Positions 1 to 6,505 of a stretch of 16,724 nucleotides of DNA are shown one piece after another. The notes beneath the pieces were generated by a model. The model ran no database searches, was not told the DNA's origin, and worked only from the letters and a program-made list of their open reading frames with translations. The stretch comes from an uncultured bacterium (GTDB taxonomy: Bacteria; Schekmanbacteria; GWA2-38-11; J061), in contig CAZJVM010000055.1 in assembly GCA_964549305.1 (NCBI GenBank), positions 1 to 16,724 of the forward strand, given 5' to 3'. The stretch's first letter is position 1; every line of letters starts with the position of its first letter. Both the position numbers and the translations under genes were made by a program.

Positions 1-2
1 GG

Positions 3-530
3 CAGGTGAAAATTTATAAGCTTTCAAATGACGGCAAGGAACAGATTCTTCATATCATAGAAAAAGGTGAAACATTCGGGGAAGCGGCGATTTTCTCGGG
101 AGGAAATTATCCCGCCTATGCGGAAACGATAGAAGACTCGGCGCTTATTTACATTCCAAAGGATAAATTCGTTGCACTCCTAAGAAAGTATCCCGACCTC
201 TCCCTTAAAATGCTCGCTTCGCTTTCAAGGTATCTTATGCAGTTTAACAAGATGATAGAAGAGCTTTCTCTGAAAGAAGTGTCCTCACGGCTTGCGGGGT
301 TTCTGATTGCAGAAATAAAAAAGAATAAAGCCGTGGAAGTAAAGGACGGCGCCGTTTTTGAAATCGGAATAAGCAAGGTACAGCTTGCAAGGAAATTAGG
401 AACGGTAAATGAGACTCTCTATCGCACATTCAAGAAGATGAAGGAAAAGAACATCATCGATTTCAAGGGCAAGAAGGTCAAAATAATAAACACCGCCAAA
501 CTAAAGGCAACTGCAGAAGGTAAGAAATAA
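3..530 (+). CDS. Crp/Fnr-family transcriptional regulator (HcpR/Dnr-like), 5'-truncated by the window edge
   Basis: The frame is open from the window start (QVKIYKLSNDGKEQILHII...FGEAAIF...YPAYAET), a cNMP-binding beta-roll. It is followed by the dimer helix (LSLKEVSSRLAGFL) and a Crp-type HTH (SKVQLARKLGTVNETLYRTF). GTG at 6 is probably internal. Confidence 0.95.
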   Translation, partial: QVKIYKLSNDGKEQILHIIEKGETFGEAAIFSGGNYPAYAETIEDSALIYIPKDKFVALLRKYPDLSLKMLASLSRYLMQFNKMIEELSLKEVSSRLAGFLIAEIKKNKAVEVKDGAVFEIGISKVQLARKLGTVNETLYRTFKKMKEKNIIDFKGKKVKIINTAKLKATAEGKK

Positions 531-538
531 AGCATAAT

Positions 539-767
539 GGGTGACCCCTTGTGTTTGTTTGTTCATTCTTTTGCTTGTCCAAAAGAACGTAACCAAGAAA
601 AGGACACCCCCGCAAAAAGTTCCGGGCGGTTCATTCAGTCATCCTTCGGTAAATTTATCTAAACTTGTCATCCGCTGAAGCGTCTGACTTCGGACATCGA
701 TAAATTCTTAACCCTCAGTCTCCTCCTTCTCTCACCTGAACTTTTTAAAAGGGGTTAAAACACACAA
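539..767 (+). repeat. Structured intergenic element 1 (REP/MITE-like or structured RNA) with nested inverted repeats
   Basis: Pairings read from sequence: TTCTTTTG 566-573 / CAAAAGAA 580-587; ACCCC 606-610 / GGGGT 751-755; AAAAAGTTC 614-622 / GAACTTTTT 738-746; AATTTATC 652-659 / GATAAATT 699-706; GTCA 667-670 / TGAC 685-688. Boundaries are approximate. Confidence 0.6.
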
Positions 768-771
768 CTCT

Positions 772-898
772 GACAGCACAGTAGAAAGAATTGGATACAA
801 GGCATATGAGCGATGAGGAATGAGGCGTACGCGTTTGTACGTCGCAGTGACGAGGCGCGATATATAACGCCGTAGACAGTTTTTTATGCTGTGTTGTC
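772..898 (+). repeat. Structured intergenic element 2, 127 bp, MITE-like with imperfect terminal inverted repeats
   Basis: GACAGCACAGTAGAAAGA 772-789 versus TTTTTATGCTGTGTTGTC 881-898 gives 14/18 Watson-Crick pairs, 3 G-T and 1 mismatch. Central hairpin GGCGTAC 824-830 / GTACGTC 837-843. The element abuts the stop codon at 899. Confidence 0.65.
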
Positions 899-1900
899 TT
901 ATCTCTCAAAATGCATATCAATAGTAGCCGGCGGCAGAGCATCCACCACAGCCTTATCCCCCAGCACCGGTTTTACAAATGACAAAAAATCATCCCAGGC
1001 GCCATCCTGAAGAAGAAGAGTCCCGATTCTCTTTCGGCCTTTGCCTTTGCCATTGATTTTATACCATTCGAGAATCTTATCTATAATTGCGGGAATCTCA
1101 TCATCAGAGACAAACTCCGCTATCCTGCTTCCGCAAATGGGATGTCTGCCGTGTTTTCCTCCGACCCTTATCTTCCACCCCTTTATATCTTCCTCCCAGG
1201 CGCCTGACGGACAGGTCCTGATACAATCACCGCAATGGAGACATTTTGCCCTGTCGAGAACAGGATGTCCCGTCTCTTTATCCGCCGTTATTGCGCCCTC
1301 AGTGCAGGTAAAAGAACAAAGACGGCATCCGGTGCAGGCATCCTCATGCCATATCGGTTTTACTGCACCCTGGAAACCTAAATCCATTTCATTTGTTCTG
1401 GCGCAGTCAATGGGACAGCCGGAAAATGACATTTTGAACTTATGGGTAAATTCTCTGCCGAAAAAATCCTTATTAATCATTTCTGCCATTGCCTGCGTGT
1501 TTGTAAGTCCGTTAGGGTTGTATTCGCATCCCGCACAGGCAGTGGGGACTCTCACGCGCGGTCCGCAGGAGGCAATTTCCTGTCCTATTGCATCAAGGTC
1601 TGCTTTCAACCTGCCAAGGTCATGAAAATTAACATAGGTTATTTCAATAGACTGGCGGACAGAGATATGAATGAAATCTCCTCCGTATTTTTTTGCTACC
1701 TGAGCAATCTTTTCAAGCCGGTCAACGGGGACCCTGCCTCCGGGACAGCGCAGACGAACAGTGAAAAGCTCCTTCTGCTTCTGTTTTATTACTCCGCCTG
1801 ATTTAAGAGTATTGAAATCAAGCTCTCCGCTCTTTCCGTCTATTTCACCATCTATTGTTACCTTCTGTTCCTTATCTTCTATAAATTTATCAGCCGACAT
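899..1900 (-). CDS. Siroheme-[4Fe-4S] nitrite/sulfite reductase family protein, AsrC/Dsr-like, with inserted 2x[4Fe-4S] ferredoxin domain
   Basis: NIR_SIR_ferr-type N-terminus (FTVRLRCPGGRV...AKKYG...HISVRQSIEI), GPRVRVPTAC, HKFKMSFSGCPIDC, NEMDLGFQG. Ferredoxin motifs CTGCRLCSFTC and CLHCGDCIRTCP. VGGKHGR near the C-terminus. AAGGAG RBS upstream. Confidence 0.9.
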   Translation of the reverse strand: MSADKFIEDKEQKVTIDGEIDGKSGELDFNTLKSGGVIKQKQKELFTVRLRCPGGRVPVDRLEKIAQVAKKYGGDFIHISVRQSIEITYVNFHDLGRLKADLDAIGQEIASCGPRVRVPTACAGCEYNPNGLTNTQAMAEMINKDFFGREFTHKFKMSFSGCPIDCARTNEMDLGFQGAVKPIWHEDACTGCRLCSFTCTEGAITADKETGHPVLDRAKCLHCGDCIRTCPSGAWEEDIKGWKIRVGGKHGRHPICGSRIAEFVSDDEIPAIIDKILEWYKINGKGKGRKRIGTLLLQDGAWDDFLSFVKPVLGDKAVVDALPPATIDMHFER

Positions 1901-2078
1901 TGATTTCTCCTTTTACAGTCAATGACATATATAAGATTCAAGTCCATCTCATTCTAATTCAAAAATGCAGGATTGTCTTTTTAGAATCAGGTGGTTGTTT
2001 GTGTTTACGAGTCATAATATACTTTATTCATAACTGGAAGCAAAGGCAATTTTTTACCGCGAAAAACTTCAAAAACCA

Positions 2079-2107
2079 TTGATTAAAAAATATCCAAATA
2101 GTAAATT
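2079..2107 (+). promoter_or_regulatory. Putative sigma70 promoter for the small ORF at 2132
   Basis: TTGATT 2079-2084, 17-bp spacer, TAAATT 2102-2107. The AT-rich context lowers specificity. Confidence 0.45.
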
Positions 2108-2131
2108 TATCATATAACCTGGAAATATATA

Positions 2132-2299
2132 ATGGAAAATTTTTTAAAAATTCTTACCTCTCCGGACAACATACCGGTTGCTCTTATGTGCCTTGTCGCA
2201 ATTTATCTGTGCTGGTTCTCTTTTAAAAAAGCTTTAAAAAACGATAAACTCATCAGCGGGAACAAGGTTGATGAAGTAATTAATGAGATGGAAAAATAG
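2132..2299 (+). CDS. 55-aa single-TM protein with PDNIP motif (not in the ORF track); possible small subunit of the Rieske/cytochrome b complex
   Basis: Manual translation: MENFLKILTSPDNIPVALMCLVAIYLCWFSFKKALKNDKLISGNKVDEVINEMEK*. It has a hydrophobic helix followed by basic residues, a GGA 8 nt upstream of ATG, a promoter-like sequence, and fills otherwise non-coding space. Confidence 0.8.
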   Translation: MENFLKILTSPDNIPVALMCLVAIYLCWFSFKKALKNDKLISGNKVDEVINEMEK

Positions 2300-2317
2300 G
2301 AGCTATCCATAATAATC

Positions 2318-2839
2318 CTATGCCATTGATTCAGCGCCCAAGTTAAACTTTTCTAAAAGGGAAACAAGTTTTTCCCCGTTAATCAATTCAAGTTGTACGC
2401 CATAGGAAGCATTTAGAGCTTCCACGGTGAAAAAATGCGGCGTCAGCAGAATTCCTTTTAGCGCTGATTCCCCTTTCACATTGTCCAGCAGTTTTAAAAC
2501 ATATGTTGAATCAATCAGTTTATTTTTTTCAAAACATATACAGTGAACAACAAATTTTCCTCCCTTTACAGGGTCCGAATCAAAAACCAGAAAATCCGTT
2601 TCTCCTGAATCAAATATTGTTATTTCTTCAATTTCAAATCCAAGACTATTTAATAATTTTTTTATTAATTCTGTGAACTTCTCCCGCGGCATATTGAGAA
2701 GGTTACTTATCTTCCCGTTGTCCGCCTCAGAATAAAACTGTTTCTCAGGAGTTTCCAGAGTAGACTTTTTATTCATTAACAAAAAGATAATTAAACTGCC
2801 TACCGCTATGGAAACGATGCTGATTAAAAATATTGGCAT
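2318..2839 (-). CDS. Membrane-anchored Mrr-like (Mrr_cat / PD-(D/E)xK fold) protein, probably nuclease-inactive
   Basis: N-terminal hydrophobic helix, then an Mrr_cat pattern: FTELIKKLLNSLGFEI...GETDFL...FVVHC...KGILLTPHFFTVEA...LELINGEKLVSLLEKF. Confidence 0.75.
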   Translation of the reverse strand: MPIFLISIVSIAVGSLIIFLLMNKKSTLETPEKQFYSEADNGKISNLLNMPREKFTELIKKLLNSLGFEIEEITIFDSGETDFLVFDSDPVKGGKFVVHCICFEKNKLIDSTYVLKLLDNVKGESALKGILLTPHFFTVEALNASYGVQLELINGEKLVSLLEKFNLGAESMA

Positions 2840-2927
2840 ATACGATTACATTTAAACTCGACTCTCAAACGAATGGAAATTATATTTGCAACTATGCAGT
2901 ATCTAAAAAGCAGAGAAGGAAATTTAT

Positions 2928-3653
2928 TTACTTCTGCAATTTATCAAAAAGAATGTTCACCTTCCCATTCTCCTTTACATTTACATCGATAATCTGAGTC
3001 CCCAGAGTTTCATGCCATGCTTTTAACTGATATTTCCCGGAAGGAATATTAGAAATTTCAAAATTTCCATTCTCATCGGTAACTGCAAAGTAAGGATTGT
3101 CAACAACAGCAATATAGGCAGACATCCATTTGTGCCCCGCGTCACAGGAAACATTAATAAGTCCCGGGTTTTTAATTTTTTTCCTGACATTCTGATTCCT
3201 CATCGGCAGGGCAATATTAAACACAGTTTTTACTCCATTCAGATATCCATGCGTATTATGAAGAATGGGGTCAGCATTTGATATATCAAGATACGTGCCT
3301 GCAACCATTGCCTGAACATGGGGAACATAAACACAATTTTTATTTGCCAAGCCGGAATCACCAGTTTGAATTTTCTTACCCTTCTCAATATTTTCAATAG
3401 TGACCACTACATTTTTCACGGCGCCTTTTTCAGAAACAATTAATTTCTCATTTATTTTCTCTTTGCCGCAGAAGTTATTGTCTTTTGTAACTCCTAATGA
3501 AGTTACAGATTTGGTTTTCCCTGTAAATTTAACCTGACCGGCAATACTGCCTCCGTTTAAAACATCAACCTCTTCATAAGCCCAAAGCATAGGACTGCAT
3601 ATTAACAAAAATGCTAAAGCAATCATCGATATAGACATCCAATGTCTTCTCAT
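2928..3653 (-). CDS. Secreted cupredoxin-like / carboxypeptidase-regulatory-like domain protein
   Basis: Signal peptide (...PMLWA|YEE), GGSIAGQVKF, NADPILHNTH, CDAGHKWM, and TDENGNFEISNIPSGKYQLKAWHE (CarboxypepD_reg-like). Strong GGGGAGGT RBS. Confidence 0.85.
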   Translation of the reverse strand: MRRHWMSISMIALAFLLICSPMLWAYEEVDVLNGGSIAGQVKFTGKTKSVTSLGVTKDNNFCGKEKINEKLIVSEKGAVKNVVVTIENIEKGKKIQTGDSGLANKNCVYVPHVQAMVAGTYLDISNADPILHNTHGYLNGVKTVFNIALPMRNQNVRKKIKNPGLINVSCDAGHKWMSAYIAVVDNPYFAVTDENGNFEISNIPSGKYQLKAWHETLGTQIIDVNVKENGKVNILFDKLQK

Positions 3654-3844
3654 ATTTTACCTCCCCTTATATTTTTCAAATCTTAAACTGTTCATATTAA
3701 AACAATCCGATTTTATTCTTCTATTTTCAAGTTATACTTATAATGAAACTGTTCTTTTATACATATACGATATTTATACAGCATTTTCACACTCAACAGC
3801 AAATCCGCTCCGGTTTTCATTTATTCCGGACACATCAAATTATA

Positions 3845-6496
3845 TTACTGCATAATAAAAAGATAATCTTTTAAAAGTTCTATATTTTCCTTAGGATCCG
3901 GTAAAAGTTCAATAATTTCGCCGTCTTCTTCATCAATATCAAAAAAGAAATTTGGCATCTTTGTGTTTTTCTGCAAACTCTGAGGATTGGCAAGCCATTC
4001 TTCCAGCCATTTAGGTTTCAGCCTTTCTTTAGTCAGCGAAAGGTCAGGTGCAAGTTCCGCGGGAGAAACATTTTTTCTGCCTTTTGCAAATTGATGACAT
4101 TTCCGGCATTGAAAAGCATTAAATAGTGCCTTCATCCTTTTCACTTCTTTCCCTGTGTAATCCCTCTGTTTCCAGAAATGATAAAAAACATCCTCCCCTG
4201 ATATGAATTGGAAATATTTTACTATGGCGTTTACCTGCTCGTCATTAAAATTGAATACAGGCATTTTCATTTTCAGCCACGGGCGTATTGAATAAGGAGA
4301 ATGCATATATTTAAATAGCCATTCTGACTGCACTTTTTTACCCTCGTCAATCAGTGATGGAGCTGAATAGTTTTTTACTTCCGAGCCATCATATTTGTTA
4401 TTTAAAGGAATAAGAATATTTTCTCCACCCCATCCATCCTCAATCTCATGACATCCGATACAATTATATTTTTTTATTATTATCCTTCCATTCTGGATAT
4501 TTGCATAATCAGATGAGATTCCTCTTGTAAATTTCTTTGGTATTTTGTCCTCTGTGAAGCTCTTAAGGAGAATTGTTAAAGCCTGTGTTTCATCATCGGA
4601 CAATCCAAAAAAAGGCATCTTTGGCTTAATCATCTCGGTCTCAAATATCCTCGGGGTTTTAATTTTTGCCTGAGTGTAGCCGAACCAACTTCTCTCTACA
4701 TCTGACGCGTATCCAAAGGCCAGTTCATAAAGCTCCTTATTCCCGAAGTTGCTGAGTTCCGCGCCAACCTGCCCGAGTTTTTCCGTTCCCGGAATATTAT
4801 GACACCCATAACATCCATAATAAGATATTATTTTTAATCCCTTATCGCTTTCAGCTTTATCGGATATCTTCTCTTTCAAACCATCCATCTCCCTGAATCC
4901 GGGATCTCTGAGACTATAGAGATACGCAACTATAGATTCAGCTTCTTTGGGAGACAACTTGAAATTAGGCATAAGAGTTTTTGGAGAATATCCCGCGGGA
5001 TTCAATATCCAGTTCAAAATCCATTCGGGAGTTGCCTTATTTCCGATATTTGTCAGTATTGGCGCCGCATCTCTTGTTTCATCCTTATATACTTCAATTT
5101 TGCCTATTGAATGACATCCGTTGCATCCTATGTTCGTTACCAACTCTTTACCTTTTGCGATTAGTCTCTTGTTGCCGATAACTCCTTTTTTCAGTCTATA
5201 GACATCCCAGCTTTTATCTCCTTTCAGGTTCATCAGATAAGAGGTTATGGAAATTGCCTCTTCGTCGGATAACTTAAAGTTAGGCATTCTTGTTTTTTTA
5301 TGATGCCATTTTGGATTTTTTATCCATTGAAAAAGCCATGAGGGATTTACTTTACTGCCTGCATTTTTCAATTCGGGTCCTATTTTATTAACATTCTCAT
5401 ATCCTTTAATAAAATGACAGTTAGCACATCCCAATCTTTCTCTGAATAGTGTAACCCCCTCCGAAAGAACGGGTGCCAACGGGATATCTTCTTCCAGAAA
5501 GTGGCATTCTCTGCAGGAAGATTGAATATAATCGCCTGCCAGCATCGGTTTTTCCCAGTATGCAATCGGCTTCCAGTTGTATTTTTTTTCCCATCTTTTC
5601 CCAGTATCTTCATTTGGGGGGGTATGTCCTGCGTCATAGAATGTTAGTCCGTTTCCCTGTCCGTTATGGCAGACAGTACATCCGAATTTCTCAACAGGAT
5701 GTTTGTTGATAAATACATCAAAATTAACATGGCTTTTGAAGGGTTCTTTAAAATCCTCAAATCCTTTCCTGTCAGAGGCCATATGGCATGAAAGGCACCT
5801 GTCTACTTTGAGAACAGGTTCATCAAAATTATTTTTGTCAAAATCCTGAATAACTATCTGATTAATTTGAGGGGATTTTAAAGATAGCATATTAATTTTG
5901 TTTTCAATTTCCCTTTTGTCCTTCTCATAGATTTCTAATTTATCCTCAATTTCTGCTATTTCTTTCTTATAATTTTTAACTTTTATCCTTATCTCATCCC
6001 TTTCTGCTTTTGCCCTATCCACATCGGATTCCATTTTTTTTGCTATATCGTAGAGCTTTTCCCATTTTTCTTTTTGAGGTTCATAATTCTTTCCTGTATC
6101 GAAGGCGTGCTGGTACTGATAATAGGATTCTTCAACGAGACTTTTGGCAAATTGCAGTTTCTGAAATTCTTCGGAAAACCGGGTGTTTTTTTCATCGAGC
6201 TCTTTAATTTCATCACGGTACTCCTGACTCTTTTCCTTTACATAAAACTGCAGGGTGAGTTTCTCGAGCTTACTTCTCATCTTATTGATTTCCGAGGTGT
6301 CGAGATTTTTGTTTATCTCATCCAATTCTTGCTGAAGTTTCTTACCTTCAAGATGAAAAAATTCTTCCTGATAACCTTTCCATGGCCTTCTGGTAATTGA
6401 TTCATCATAGATTGACCAAATGAAAGATAACGCTAAAAGAAGTGATAATAGGAAAAAATGCACTCTGTACGATTTTTGATTTTCACTATTATTCAT
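3845..6496 (-). CDS. Membrane-anchored octaheme cytochrome c (cytochrome c subunit of the Rieske/cytochrome b complex)
   Basis: Eight CxxCH motifs (CLSCH, CTVCH, CRECH, CANCH, CNGCH, CYGCH, CIGCH, CRKCH). N-terminal TM helix and a long E/K-rich coiled-coil region. Starts 9 bp after the cytochrome b stop. Confidence 0.93.
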   Translation of the reverse strand: MNNSENQKSYRVHFFLLSLLLALSFIWSIYDESITRRPWKGYQEEFFHLEGKKLQQELDEINKNLDTSEINKMRSKLEKLTLQFYVKEKSQEYRDEIKELDEKNTRFSEEFQKLQFAKSLVEESYYQYQHAFDTGKNYEPQKEKWEKLYDIAKKMESDVDRAKAERDEIRIKVKNYKKEIAEIEDKLEIYEKDKREIENKINMLSLKSPQINQIVIQDFDKNNFDEPVLKVDRCLSCHMASDRKGFEDFKEPFKSHVNFDVFINKHPVEKFGCTVCHNGQGNGLTFYDAGHTPPNEDTGKRWEKKYNWKPIAYWEKPMLAGDYIQSSCRECHFLEEDIPLAPVLSEGVTLFRERLGCANCHFIKGYENVNKIGPELKNAGSKVNPSWLFQWIKNPKWHHKKTRMPNFKLSDEEAISITSYLMNLKGDKSWDVYRLKKGVIGNKRLIAKGKELVTNIGCNGCHSIGKIEVYKDETRDAAPILTNIGNKATPEWILNWILNPAGYSPKTLMPNFKLSPKEAESIVAYLYSLRDPGFREMDGLKEKISDKAESDKGLKIISYYGCYGCHNIPGTEKLGQVGAELSNFGNKELYELAFGYASDVERSWFGYTQAKIKTPRIFETEMIKPKMPFFGLSDDETQALTILLKSFTEDKIPKKFTRGISSDYANIQNGRIIIKKYNCIGCHEIEDGWGGENILIPLNNKYDGSEVKNYSAPSLIDEGKKVQSEWLFKYMHSPYSIRPWLKMKMPVFNFNDEQVNAIVKYFQFISGEDVFYHFWKQRDYTGKEVKRMKALFNAFQCRKCHQFAKGRKNVSPAELAPDLSLTKERLKPKWLEEWLANPQSLQKNTKMPNFFFDIDEEDGEIIELLPDPKENIELLKDYLFIMQ

Positions 6497-6505
6497 ATAT
6501 GATTT

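Noticed and set aside
539-898. CRISPR array, tRNA or simple rho-independent terminator as explanation for the intergenic region
   Set aside because: No direct repeat-spacer periodicity and no cloverleaf; the stems are long-range and nested rather than a single GC hairpin with a U-tract.
745-942. 65-aa minus-strand ORF over the intergenic elements
   Set aside because: It is a translation of the structured repeat, overlaps the reductase 3' end, and has no protein-like features.
1041-1801. Long plus-strand ORFs (194 aa and 119 aa) antisense to the reductase
   Set aside because: Shadow ORFs of a well-supported gene, with no motifs or RBS.
899-1900. Calling the reductase dsrA/dsrB or asrC as evidence of sulfate/sulfite respiration
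   Set aside because: Single gene without a dsrAB pair, dsrC or asrAB, and the Cys motif is atypical; only a family-level call is justified.
2002-2017. Possible second HcpR-like box upstream of the reductase (GTCATAA half-site)
   Set aside because: Only one half-site matches; the other half at N4 spacing (TGTTT) does not.
1900-2082. 60-aa plus-strand ORF in the reductase upstream region
   Set aside because: TTG start overlapping the divergent gene's start and RBS, no recognisable features; more likely promoter DNA.
2318-2839. Active restriction or anti-phage defence system
   Set aside because: The catalytic Lys is absent and there are no cognate DNA methylase or defence neighbours. The methyltransferase at 9741 is a small-molecule type.
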